The notes beneath the pieces are model-generated. The model was not told where the DNA came from and searched no databases. It worked only from the letters and a program-made list of their open reading frames with translations. A DNA stretch of 64,000 bases from Burkholderiales bacterium PBB3 (GTDB lineage: Bacteria; Pseudomonadota; Gammaproteobacteria; Burkholderiales; Burkholderiaceae_C): assembly GCA_002256115.1 (NCBI GenBank), contig NKIK01000003.1, forward strand, positions 194,280 to 258,279. Reading direction: 5' to 3'. The translations under genes and the position numbers were made by a program. This document shows, one piece after another, positions 1 to 8,332 of this stretch; the stretch's first letter is position 1; each line of letters starts with the position of its first letter.

Positions 1-50
1 TCCAACTTGCAAAAAGTGCTCTTTGTTAATTGATCAAGGAGAAAATTGAA

Positions 51-485
51 ATGGCAACTGCAAAAAAACCGGTCGCAAAAAAGGCCGCTCCCGTGAAAGC
101 TGCACCCGCTAAAAAAGCGGCACCAGCTAAAAAAGTAGCTGCTAAGAAAGCTGCACCCGCTAAAAAAGCGGCACCAGCCAAAAAAGTAGCTGCTAAGAAA
201 GCTGCACCCGCTAAAAAAGCGGCACCAGCCAAAAAGGTAGCTGCAAAGAAAGCTGCACCTGCTAAAAAAGCGGCACCCGCTGCCAAGAAAGCAACCGCTA
301 AAAAGGCCGCAGTAGCGAAAAAAGCCGCTCCCGCAGCCAAGAAGCCAGCAGCCAAAAAGGCAGCCAAAAAGCCGGCTGCGAAGAAAGCCGCGAAAGCACC
401 CGCTGCAGCGCCTGCAGCACCCGCGGCCCAGACCACGTTAAACCCTCAGGCTGCGTGGCCTTTTCCAACCGCAAGCAAGCCTTAA
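51..485 (+). CDS. Histone H1-like nucleoid-associated protein with an Ala/Lys/Pro-rich AKKA-repeat tail. ATG at 51 with RBS aaggag at 37-42; the ORF-track start at 30 is a TTG.
   Basis: Translation is almost entirely (A/P)AKKAAPAKK repeats, typical of Bordetella BpH1-like and Burkholderiales H1-like proteins. A strong RBS precedes the ATG. Confidence 0.8.
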   Translation: MATAKKPVAKKAAPVKAAPAKKAAPAKKVAAKKAAPAKKAAPAKKVAAKKAAPAKKAAPAKKVAAKKAAPAKKAAPAAKKATAKKAAVAKKAAPAAKKPAAKKAAKKPAAKKAAKAPAAAPAAPAAQTTLNPQAAWPFPTASKP

Positions 486-505
486 ACCTTCGGGTGTAAA
501 GCTAC

Positions 506-540
506 AAAGCCCGGTGCTGCAAAGCCCGGGCTTTTTTTTA
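506..540. terminator. Rho-independent terminator: GC hairpin gcccgg...ccgggc followed by a T9 run. Likely bidirectional, between convergent genes.
   Basis: Inverted repeat plus poly-T directly after the stop at 485. The minus-strand gene ends at 564. Confidence 0.7.
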
Positions 541-563
541 TGCGCGCTAGCCAAAGAAATGCG

Positions 564-1697
564 TCAGGGGTAAAACGCCAGCAAGCGGTATCCACTGATC
601 CGATCTGCAGGGGTGGCGACTTTGACGTGCACGGGAATAGTCACCGTGAGATCGCCGCCTGCGACCAAGCTGCCACTGGAAGCCCCCAGATCTGCCGCCG
701 ACAGCACGTGCCGGATCATCGGCTGCTCCTGCAGGTCCGTCAGTGTCAGCTCCACTGCAGGCGCGGCAATGTCTATGGGGGCTGTGTTCTTCAGTGTGAT
801 GTTCAGGCGGTAGACATCGCCCCGCACTTTGACGAAAGCCGAATTTTCGATAACGACAGAATCGATCTGCCGGTAGGGTGAAATTTTGCAATCCAAAGCA
901 TCACACATCGCCAGCAATGCAGGACGCAAGTCTGCAATGCTGGCGGCCAAGCGCTCACGCTCATGAAAAATAACCTGGAACGCCAGCCCCAACACCAACC
1001 CGAGGGACACGGCGGCCAAACTTCGTCGCACCCAGGGTCGACTCCAGGCACTGGGGAGTTTTGCATTGCGTAAGAAACTGGGTCGCACCGTATCCAGGGG
1101 CGGCACAGGAAGTTCAGGCTCCTGCTCGTCTGCCACCGACGCTATCTCCGCAGCCGATTTTGCCGCGTTGGGAGGCTCACGCACTGCCGATGCGCCGTGA
1201 GCACCGGGCAGACTCCATTCCACTCCTGCATCCGTGGCTACCAAGGGGTAAGCATCCGCTTCGGGCGCGACACCGTCACCGGGTAGCTCAAGGTGCAAAG
1301 CGGGTTCTGCCGCCAAGGACTCGCCCGGCCGAACATCCAACAATGGATCACGGTCAAAGGCCGATGCTTCGGGCCAATCCAATTGGGCGGCCAGCTCTTG
1401 CTCTGGTGTCGACCCCAAGGCCGGTGCTGGCTCCGGGTGTTCAAAGAATTCTGGTGATGTCGGTGTCCCGGCATCGGGCTCCGCCACCGGTTCATCGTTA
1501 GGCACAGGTGCCGTTGGGACAACCAGTGCCTCGGTGGGACGCGGCGCTAAGGCCTGCGGTTCCCCCTGCAGATGCACATTGGCATCAAACACTTCATCGC
1601 ACTTGCCGCAACGCACCCAGCCCTCGGAAACGCGAAGTTGGTCAGGTACGACCTTAAATAGTGTGGTGCAGGCAGGGCAACGGGTGATCAGGCTCAT
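564..1697 (-). CDS. Zinc-ribbon domain protein (MJ0042/DUF3426-like) with an N-terminal CPxC...CGKC zinc finger and a Pro/Glu-rich linker.
   Basis: N-terminus reads MSLITRCPACTTLFKV...WVRCGKCDEVF. This gene commonly follows prmA in Burkholderiales. Confidence 0.65.
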   Translation of the reverse strand: MSLITRCPACTTLFKVVPDQLRVSEGWVRCGKCDEVFDANVHLQGEPQALAPRPTEALVVPTAPVPNDEPVAEPDAGTPTSPEFFEHPEPAPALGSTPEQELAAQLDWPEASAFDRDPLLDVRPGESLAAEPALHLELPGDGVAPEADAYPLVATDAGVEWSLPGAHGASAVREPPNAAKSAAEIASVADEQEPELPVPPLDTVRPSFLRNAKLPSAWSRPWVRRSLAAVSLGLVLGLAFQVIFHERERLAASIADLRPALLAMCDALDCKISPYRQIDSVVIENSAFVKVRGDVYRLNITLKNTAPIDIAAPAVELTLTDLQEQPMIRHVLSAADLGASSGSLVAGGDLTVTIPVHVKVATPADRISGYRLLAFYP

Positions 1698-1731
1698 CGT
1701 GACGCCATTGTAGAGTCGACCTCAGCCTGGC

Positions 1732-2610
1732 TCAGGGGGTGGCAGTCATCAAAATCCAGCCGTCTTCACTGTCGGTGACTTGCAATTGGCAGTAAGGTGC
1801 ATAAGCCTCTTTTAGCTCATCCGCCTGACGCGCCAAAATGCCTGCCAGTACTAGATGCCCGTGCTCAGCTACATAGGCGCGCAGCAGCGGTGCCAACACC
1901 TTCAGCGGCGTGGCGAGGATATTGGCCAGCACCAAGTTGTACGTGCCACTGGCAAGCTCGGGCAGGCCGGCTCGCAATTGCACGCCATTCGCGCTGGCGT
2001 TCAGCTCTGTCGACTCCACGGCCGCCGTGTCAATGTCCACCGCATCGACCATGGTAGCGCCAAACTTGGCGGCACCGATAGCCAGAATGCCGGAGCCACA
2101 GCCGTAATCCAGCACCCGTGCAAAACCGGGGTGCGCCGCAATCCAGCGCAAACACATGCGTGTGGTGGGGTGCGTGCCGGTGCCAAAGGCCAAGCCTGGA
2201 TCCAGACGAATGATCTGTCGGGCCTGGGCTGGCGGCTCATGCCAGGTCGGCACGATCCAAAACTCGGGCGTGATCTCGACCGGCGCAAACTGCGACTGGG
2301 TCAAGCGCACCCAATCCTGGTCTTGCAATTCCGACAAGCCCAAGACTTCGCAACCTTCAAAGAAATCTTGCGCCAGCAGCAAGACCGAGGCTTCTTCGGC
2401 CATGGCCTTGTCTGCAAACAGCGCGGTGATGCGTGAACGCTGCCAACCATCTTTGGGAGCCGGCATGCCCGGCTCGCCAAACAAGGCCACTTCGGCGTCG
2501 GTCTGAGCGTCCGCGTCTTCCACGCTGACGCTCAAAGCCTCCAACGCATCCAGCGCGTCGCTCAGCGACTCGACCCGGTCTTGCGGGCACATCAGCATCA
2601 GTTCAAACAT
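1732..2610 (-). CDS. prmA: Ribosomal protein L11 methyltransferase
   Basis: SAM-binding motif DYGCGSGILAIGAAKFGA, a 292-aa length, and position downstream of accBC. Confidence 0.85.
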   Translation of the reverse strand: MFELMLMCPQDRVESLSDALDALEALSVSVEDADAQTDAEVALFGEPGMPAPKDGWQRSRITALFADKAMAEEASVLLLAQDFFEGCEVLGLSELQDQDWVRLTQSQFAPVEITPEFWIVPTWHEPPAQARQIIRLDPGLAFGTGTHPTTRMCLRWIAAHPGFARVLDYGCGSGILAIGAAKFGATMVDAVDIDTAAVESTELNASANGVQLRAGLPELASGTYNLVLANILATPLKVLAPLLRAYVAEHGHLVLAGILARQADELKEAYAPYCQLQVTDSEDGWILMTATP

Positions 2611-2618
2611 CGCGTTGC

Positions 2619-3968
2619 CTAGCGCTTGTGCTGTTCCAGCCAGTGTTCCAGGTAGTGGATATTGGTTCCACCATCCATGAACTTGGCGTCCACCAGCAGC
2701 TCACGGTGCAACGGAATATTGGTGTTGATGCCTTCGATCACGGTCTCGGCCAACGCCGTGCGCATGCGGGCCATGGCTTGCTCGCGGGTATCGCCATGCA
2801 CAATGATTTTTCCAACCATCGAATCGTAGTTGGGTGGCACAAAGTAGTTGGTGTAGATGTGGGAGTCGACACGCACACCGGGGCCGCCTGGCGCATGCCA
2901 CACGGTCACACGACCCGGCGATGGCACAAACTTGTACGGATCTTCCGCATTCACCCGGCACTCAATGGCATGGCCACGCATCACGATGTCGCGCTGGGCA
3001 AAGGGCAATTTCTCGCCCGCCGCCACCATGATCTGGGTCTTGACGATGTCCACGCCAGTCACCATTTCGGTCACGGGGTGCTCCACCTGCACGCGGGTGT
3101 TCATTTCAATGAAGTAGAACTCGCCGTCTTCGTACAGAAACTCGAAGGTGCCCGCACCGCGGTAACCAATCTTCTTGCAGGCAGCTACACAGCGCTCGCC
3201 AATGCGTTCGATCAATTTGCGATTGATGCCCGGCGCGGGAGCCTCTTCAAGAATCTTCTGGTGGCGGCGCTGCATGGAGCAATCGCGCTCGCCCAGGTAG
3301 ACCGCGTTCTTGTGCTTGTCGGCCAGAATCTGGATTTCAATATGGCGCGGATTCTGGAGAAACTTCTCCATATACACCGCCGGATTGCCAAAGGCAGCAC
3401 CGGCTTCCGCCTTGGTCATGGCCACCGCATTGATCAGCGCAGCCTCGGTATGCACCACGCGCATGCCGCGTCCACCGCCGCCACCCGCCGCCTTGATGAT
3501 GACGGGATAGCCCACGGCCTTGGCAATGCGACGAATCTGCACCGGGTCATCGGGCAACTCGCCCTCAGAACCGGGTACGCAGGGTACGCCCGCCTTGATC
3601 ATGGCTTGCTTGGCCGACACCTTGTCGCCCATGATGCGAATGGACTCGGGTGTGGGGCCAATGAACTGGAAACCGCTTTTCTCCACACGCTCGGCAAAAT
3701 CGGCGTTTTCGCTCAAAAAGCCGTAGCCAGGGTGAATCGCCTCGGCATCGGTCACTTCGGCGGCCGAGATGATGGCCGGCATATTGAGATAGCTCAAATT
3801 GGACGGTGCAGGCCCGATACAGACGGCTTCTTCGGCCAAACGCACGTATTTAGCGTCACGGTCTGCCTCGGAATACACCATGACGGCTTTAACGCCGAGC
3901 TCGCGGCAGGCGCGTTGAATCCGCAGCGCAATTTCACCGCGATTGGCAACAAGGATCTTTTTAAACAT
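2619..3968 (-). CDS. accC: Acetyl-CoA carboxylase, biotin carboxylase subunit
   Basis: N-terminus [17 protein letters not shown] and ATP-grasp motifs, 449 aa. The long antisense ORF at 2628-4184 is an artefact. Confidence 0.95.
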   Translation of the reverse strand: MFKKILVANRGEIALRIQRACRELGVKAVMVYSEADRDAKYVRLAEEAVCIGPAPSNLSYLNMPAIISAAEVTDAEAIHPGYGFLSENADFAERVEKSGFQFIGPTPESIRIMGDKVSAKQAMIKAGVPCVPGSEGELPDDPVQIRRIAKAVGYPVIIKAAGGGGGRGMRVVHTEAALINAVAMTKAEAGAAFGNPAVYMEKFLQNPRHIEIQILADKHKNAVYLGERDCSMQRRHQKILEEAPAPGINRKLIERIGERCVAACKKIGYRGAGTFEFLYEDGEFYFIEMNTRVQVEHPVTEMVTGVDIVKTQIMVAAGEKLPFAQRDIVMRGHAIECRVNAEDPYKFVPSPGRVTVWHAPGGPGVRVDSHIYTNYFVPPNYDSMVGKIIVHGDTREQAMARMRTALAETVIEGINTNIPLHRELLVDAKFMDGGTNIHYLEHWLEQHKR

Positions 3969-3985
3969 GGGGTTCGGGCGATGCC

Positions 3986-4456
3986 TTATTCGATGATGAA
4001 CAGGGGTTGCCCGTATTCGACGGCCTGGCCGTTTTCGCTCAAGATTTTGGACACCGTGCCGGATTTGTCGGCCTCAATCTCATTGAGGATCTTCATGGCC
4101 TCAATGATGCAGATCGTGTCGCCTTCTTTGACGACATCACCGATTTCCACAAACGCTTTTGCCCCCGGCGACGACGACCGGTAAAAGGTGCCCACCATGG
4201 GTGACTTGACGGTATGGCCGGTTGGCACTTCTGCGACCGGCGCGCTGACAGGGGCATCGGGCGCGGCTGGAGCCATGGGCATGGCGGCATACATGGGTTG
4301 GGGTGCGTAGGCTTGCACCATGGCACCACCGCCTTTGACGATGCGCACTTTGCCTTCGGCCTCGGTAATTTCGAGCTCCGAGACATTGGACTCGGACACC
4401 AAATCGATCAGGGTTTTAAGTTTGCGTAAATCCATGGAATCTCCAACAACGGCCAT
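3986..4456 (-). CDS. accB: Biotin carboxyl carrier protein of acetyl-CoA carboxylase
   Basis: C-terminal biotinyl motif [17 protein letters not shown], 156 aa, directly upstream of accC. Confidence 0.95.
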   Translation of the reverse strand: MAVVGDSMDLRKLKTLIDLVSESNVSELEITEAEGKVRIVKGGGAMVQAYAPQPMYAAMPMAPAAPDAPVSAPVAEVPTGHTVKSPMVGTFYRSSSPGAKAFVEIGDVVKEGDTICIIEAMKILNEIEADKSGTVSKILSENGQAVEYGQPLFIIE

Positions 4457-4604
4457 TTGGGCAAGCGGCGAATTTACAGCAAAACCACCGAAATGACGAT
4501 AAATTTATTTATTTTTAGCCAATTGGGCTTAAAAATTATGCAGCCCGGTAAAGACTGAGGATGAATTGCTAGCGCGTTCCGTGCCAAAATTTAGGGCGAA
4601 CACC

Positions 4605-5198
4605 CTATTTTAAACCAGCCCAGAGCGCCAACTCTTCAGGAGTTACCCGACCCATCTTGCGGTGCAAGATGGAGCCATCGGCGCTCAACACCACGCTAAA
4701 AGGCAAGCCACCGGTCAGGTTGCCCATGGCGCGTGTCAGCTCGGTGCCCGCCAAACCGGCCATACCCACCGAAAAATCCAGCGGCGACTTCTGCAAAAAG
4801 GCCTGCACCGGTTGCAGCTTGTCCACGGCCAGGCCCAGCACCTGCCAGCCATTGGCTTTATTTTTCAAATAAAAGTCATTGATCAAAGGCAGCTCTTCCA
4901 CGCACGGCGGGCACCAGGTTGCCCAAAAATTGAGCAGCAGAGGTTTACCGGCCAGGCTTTTCATGGGAAGCGTTGTGCCCTGGGGGGTGGGCCATTCGGT
5001 TTGCCAAAAACCTTCTGGCGGCGGCGTACCGGCTGGCGCAGCCACGACCGGCGGGGCGGCTTGGCGCCACCAAGCCAAACCTAGCCCAGCAACCGCAGCT
5101 GCACCCCCCACCGCAACCATGAGTGCGCGCCGCCCCGGCGCGAGCAAGGTGGACGATGCGCCGGGCGTGGCGACGGGTGGTACTGCAGGCTTCTTCAT
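4605..5198 (-). CDS. TlpA-like periplasmic thiol:disulfide oxidoreductase (thioredoxin fold)
   Basis: WATWCPPCVEE active-site motif with an N-terminal signal/TM segment. Confidence 0.8.
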   Translation of the reverse strand: MKKPAVPPVATPGASSTLLAPGRRALMVAVGGAAAVAGLGLAWWRQAAPPVVAAPAGTPPPEGFWQTEWPTPQGTTLPMKSLAGKPLLLNFWATWCPPCVEELPLINDFYLKNKANGWQVLGLAVDKLQPVQAFLQKSPLDFSVGMAGLAGTELTRAMGNLTGGLPFSVVLSADGSILHRKMGRVTPEELALWAGLK

Positions 5199-5803
5199 AG
5201 GGCCTGATCATGCAGCAAACTGCGCAGGGCCGCCGCATCGCCCCGGGGACTGCGACCGCGGTGGTCGGGTTTCAGGGCGCCGCGCAGGTCGTCAAAGTCG
5301 TAAATCAGCAGGTGCACGCCCACGTGCTCCCCCAGCTCCGCGCTGCGCGCCTGGATGCTCAAGGCCTCCACCCGCTCGCCGGTAAAGCCGGTGACGGTGC
5401 TGGGGTCATAACGCACGCCCAGGTCGATCAGACCGATCTCCGCAGATTTGGGGTCATCGCAAAACAATTGCAGGTAAATATCTGAGCGGCGCGTGGCCGT
5501 GCCATGCCAGACCGCGCCGCCAATATAGGGGCGAAACCGCTGCAGCCGGTCCATCCAGCCCAATGCCAGACCGCGCAGCGCGCGCAGCTCCTGCGGCTGG
5601 GTGTCGGCACAAAACAGCGCGATGTAGTCCTCTACATGCGCTTCCAACAGCGCGTTGTCGGGCAAGGCGGTGCGCTCGGGCAGGCCGAGCTGCTTCACAG
5701 CGCGGCGTTTGGCTCCGCCATATTCCAAACCCTCTTCCACCACCAGGCGGGCGGCCACGGCGGCAATTTCTTCTTTCAAGGTATCCATAGGAACATTGTG
5801 CAT
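5195..5803 (-). CDS. Conserved hypothetical protein of 202 aa. Overlaps the tlpA-like gene by 4 bp, so probably co-transcribed.
   Basis: A clean ORF with GC3-rich codon usage. I recognise no diagnostic motif. Confidence 0.5.
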   Translation of the reverse strand: MHNVPMDTLKEEIAAVAARLVVEEGLEYGGAKRRAVKQLGLPERTALPDNALLEAHVEDYIALFCADTQPQELRALRGLALGWMDRLQRFRPYIGGAVWHGTATRRSDIYLQLFCDDPKSAEIGLIDLGVRYDPSTVTGFTGERVEALSIQARSAELGEHVGVHLLIYDFDDLRGALKPDHRGRSPRGDAAALRSLLHDQAL

Positions 5804-5839
5804 GCACTGCGTTCGACCTAGTTTGCTACAGTTTTAGGT

Positions 5840-6390
5840 TGCGGTAGGAGCGGAGGTTACCCCCCTCGCCCCCCCGCACAGATCCGTACGTGCGGAATTA
5901 CCGCATGCGGCTCTTGCCTCAGGTAGGTGACGCATAGAAACGATCCTCCGGGTAAGGGTGCAAACTGCGTATGGGTGGTATGAACCGCTGGGCAATACGG
6001 CTGAACCTGCATCATGGCATCTTGGGCTTCTGGCTTCTATGGCTTGGGGCCTTGCCTGTTCCGCCCGTGCCGCGTGGCTCGGGCACCGATGAGATCTCCC
6101 AGCTTCCGAGTAGATCGCTTCCCGGCATGCTCAGGGTCTCAGACCGCGCGGGGTCACAGCATGTCTTGCGATTGACGTCATGCTGCGTGTTGCCTTCTGG
6201 CATAGCAACACCATGGGCACCCCGATTGAATGATTTCGCGGCTCAATGGCTGGCCTGCTGGTCTCCCCTGTCAACGCTTCGATCCACACATCGCGGTGTG
6301 CAACGCATGACTCGGGGCCAGAGTGAGTTCGCTATTTTTTCCCTGTATTGGACTTCCACCAACTACGATCCACCGCCTTTGCCGGCGCAC
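5840..6390 (-). mobile_element. Candidate ORF-less or degenerate group II intron on the minus strand. Domain V sits at 5913-5882 and a GUGCG 5' end at 6390-6386.
   Basis: The reverse complement of 5885-5913 is GAGCCGCATGCGGTAATTCCGCACGTACGG, against the group II DV consensus GAGCCGUAUGCG..CGCACGUACGGUUC. AGC triad and CGUACGG are conserved. The roughly 550-bp stretch is non-coding, and GTGCGCCGGC lies directly 3' of a repeat copy. Confidence 0.3.
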
Positions 6391-6391
6391 T

Positions 6392-6430
6392 GCTATATAT
6401 TTAATAGCTTCTCCCGCACTATCCACAGCC
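6392..6430 (+). repeat. Dispersed repeat family copy 1, a variant (gctatatatttaatagcTTCTCCCGCACTATCCACagcc)
   Basis: Shares the core CTCCCGCACTATCCAC with 10 other copies. Confidence 0.8.
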
Positions 6431-6439
6431 TGAATGGCC

Positions 6440-6990
6440 GGTTTGGCTTAAATCCAAGGGGTAATCCCCCGGCTGTGCCGGGGTGACAGTAGAAGTTTGA
6501 CATTTGCGTTGGTATGGGTGTTCATCGCAGAAACTTCCAATCGTGAGCCGCCAAGCACACGAAAGGAAAAGAGGCGATGGACAAGATAGAAAACCTAAAC
6601 CACACGAAGTGGGACTGCAAGTACCACGTAGTGTCCATACCGAAGGATCGAAGAAAAGTACTGTACGGGCAATTGAGAGTGCACCTCGGAGAGGTATTTC
6701 GGGGGCTGGCCCAACACAAGGAGAGCCAGATAGAGGAAGGGCATTTAATGGCCGACCACGTCCACATGATGATCTCGATACCGCCGAAATACACGGTGTC
6801 CAACGTGGTGGGTTACATCAAGGGGAAAAGCGCGATACACCTAGCTCGGGTGTATGGGGAGAGAAAGAGAAATTTCACGGGGCAAAGCTTCTGGGCGCGG
6901 CGTTACTTTGTCTCGACCGTGGGATGAGACGAGGTATAGCCGCTTTGAGCGGCTCACAATATTGAAAACCCCCGGCTTTGCCGAGGGATG
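6440..6990 (+). mobile_element. IS200/IS605-family element remnant: subterminal hairpins at 6466-6485 and around 6943-6985, flanking tnpA
   Basis: Hairpin cccggctgtgccggg lies upstream of tnpA. Hairpins agccgctttgagcggct and cccggctttgccgagg lie downstream. Confidence 0.45.
6577..6927 (+). pseudogene. tnpA: IS200-like Y1 (HuH) transposase TnpA, C-terminally truncated. It stops right after ..YFVSTVG, so the catalytic Tyr helix appears to be missing.
   Basis: MDKIENLNHTKWDCKYHVVSIPKDRR...ADHVHMMISIPPKY...FWARRYFVSTVG aligns with Salmonella IS200 TnpA up to DTVG. IS200 TnpA continues about 30 aa further, through the Y-x-x-x-Q helix. Confidence 0.65.
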
Positions 6991-6996
6991 GTTATT

Positions 6997-8100
6997 TCAC
7001 ACCAAGCTAGCCAAGGCCGCCGGTGAAAAGTCAGACAGCTCGCTGGTGCGGCCATCGCGCACTTTCAGTGCCCAGTCCGGGTCACTGATGAGGGCGCGGC
7101 CCACGGCTACCAAGTCAAAGTCGCCGCGGTCAAAGCGGCGCATCAACTCGTCCAGCGACGCGGGCTTGGAGCTTTCGCCACCAAAGGCGGCGATGAATTC
7201 ACCGCTCAGGCCCACCGAGCCGACGGTGATGGTCGGGCGGCCAGTGAGCTTTTTGGCCCAACCGGCAAAGTTGAGGTCAGAGCCTTCAAACTCGGGCTCC
7301 CAGAAACGGCGTTGCGAGCAATGGAAGATATCCGCACCTGCGTCGGCCAGGGGCTGCAGCCAGGCGGCCATTTCATCGGGCGTTTGCGCCATGCGCGCGG
7401 TGTAGTCTTGCTGCTTCCATTGCGACAGGCGAATGATGACCGGATAGTCGGGCCCCACTTCAGCACGCACCGCTTTCAAAATATCGGCCGCAAAGCGCCC
7501 GCGTGCCACCAAGTCGCTGCCGCCGTAGCGGTCGGTGCGCGTGTTCATGCCGTCCCAGAAGAACTGGTCGATCAAGTAACCATGCGCACCGTGCAGCTCG
7601 ATGCAATCAAAACCCAGGCGCTTGGCGGCACCGGCGGCCTTGGCAAAGGCGGCAATGGTGTCGGCGATGGCCGAGTCTGTCATGGGTTCACAAAACGCCT
7701 TGCCCGGCTTGGACAGGCCAGATGGGCCGTCCCACGGCATAGGTGGCAGCCAGTCGATGCGGCGGTTAGGCACAGCGCCCACATGCCAGAGCTGCGGTGC
7801 CATCACGCCACCGGCGGCATGCACGGTGTTGATGACGTCTTGCCAACCGGCCAGCGCGTCGTCGCCCCAAAAGCGGGGCACATTGGGGTCGTTGCTAGAG
7901 GCGGGGCGCTCAATCACCGTGCCCTCGGACACGATCAAACCAACTGCCGATGCAGCGCGCTTGCGGTAATACTCGCTCACGTCCTTGGTGGGCACGCCGC
8001 CGGGTGAAAAAGAGCGTGTCATGGGGGCCATGACAATGCGGTTGGCGAGCTTGAGGCTCTTCAGGGCGAAGGGTTGGAACAGCGGTGCAGCGTTAGACAT
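6997..8100 (-). CDS. Old Yellow Enzyme family NADH:flavin (FMN) oxidoreductase / alkene reductase
   Basis: N-terminus LFQPFALKSLKLANRIVMAPMTRS and the TIM-barrel OYE signature, 367 aa. Confidence 0.8.
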   Translation of the reverse strand: MSNAAPLFQPFALKSLKLANRIVMAPMTRSFSPGGVPTKDVSEYYRKRAASAVGLIVSEGTVIERPASSNDPNVPRFWGDDALAGWQDVINTVHAAGGVMAPQLWHVGAVPNRRIDWLPPMPWDGPSGLSKPGKAFCEPMTDSAIADTIAAFAKAAGAAKRLGFDCIELHGAHGYLIDQFFWDGMNTRTDRYGGSDLVARGRFAADILKAVRAEVGPDYPVIIRLSQWKQQDYTARMAQTPDEMAAWLQPLADAGADIFHCSQRRFWEPEFEGSDLNFAGWAKKLTGRPTITVGSVGLSGEFIAAFGGESSKPASLDELMRRFDRGDFDLVAVGRALISDPDWALKVRDGRTSELSDFSPAALASLV

Positions 8101-8250
8101 ACAGGCAAAAGGTGAAAGAGTTGCAGATCAAACCAGTTTACGTGGGCTGGCGGGGGCGCGTGGCGCGCAGGGTCTCCCAGGCTACAGCGGCAAACTCTCT
8201 GGTTAGACTGGCCATTACGCAGGTCATTTGAATGTCTAAGCACGCTACTC

Positions 8251-8282
8251 ATTTGATAGCTGCTCCCGCACTATCCACGGGC
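8251..8282 (+). repeat. Dispersed repeat family copy 2 (atttgatagcTGCTCCCGCACTATCCACGGgc)
   Basis: Core match; sits 50 bp upstream of hsdM. Confidence 0.85.
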
Positions 8283-8332
8283 TGGAAGGCGTATTTCTAT
8301 ATGAAAACTTTAGAATTAAAACTGTCACATTC

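Noticed and set aside
26-436. A 136-aa Ala/Gly/Phe-rich ORF antisense to the histone H1-like gene
   Set aside because: It is the reverse complement of the AKKA repeats (GCN/AAR gives NGC/YTT). The sense strand has an RBS and a terminator.
2628-4184. A 518-aa ORF antisense to accC/accB, and dozens of other long antisense ORFs (for example 1855-2436, 9476-9979, 14366-15178, 17626-18366, 24867-25685, 40030-40929, 42151-43167, 55233-56762)
   Set aside because: They are mirror frames of well-supported genes in 65% GC DNA, where stop codons are rare. They have low-complexity Arg/Ala/Gly-rich translations and no motifs, while the sense frames carry clear catalytic signatures.
5971-6486. A 171-aa ORF in the 5.8-6.5 kb gap
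   Set aside because: No RBS, low-complexity translation, and it spans the intron-like DV/5' end region and the repeat copy. The region is better explained as non-coding mobile-element remnants.
6577-6927. The idea that the IS200-like TnpA is a RAYT (REP-associated tyrosine transposase) responsible for the dispersed repeat family
   Set aside because: The protein aligns with classical IS200 TnpA (YHVVSIPKDRR..DHVHMM) rather than with YafM-type RAYTs, and it is truncated. Only one repeat copy is adjacent and it is not in the inverted pair arrangement typical of RAYT-REP loci. The association remains possible but unsupported.
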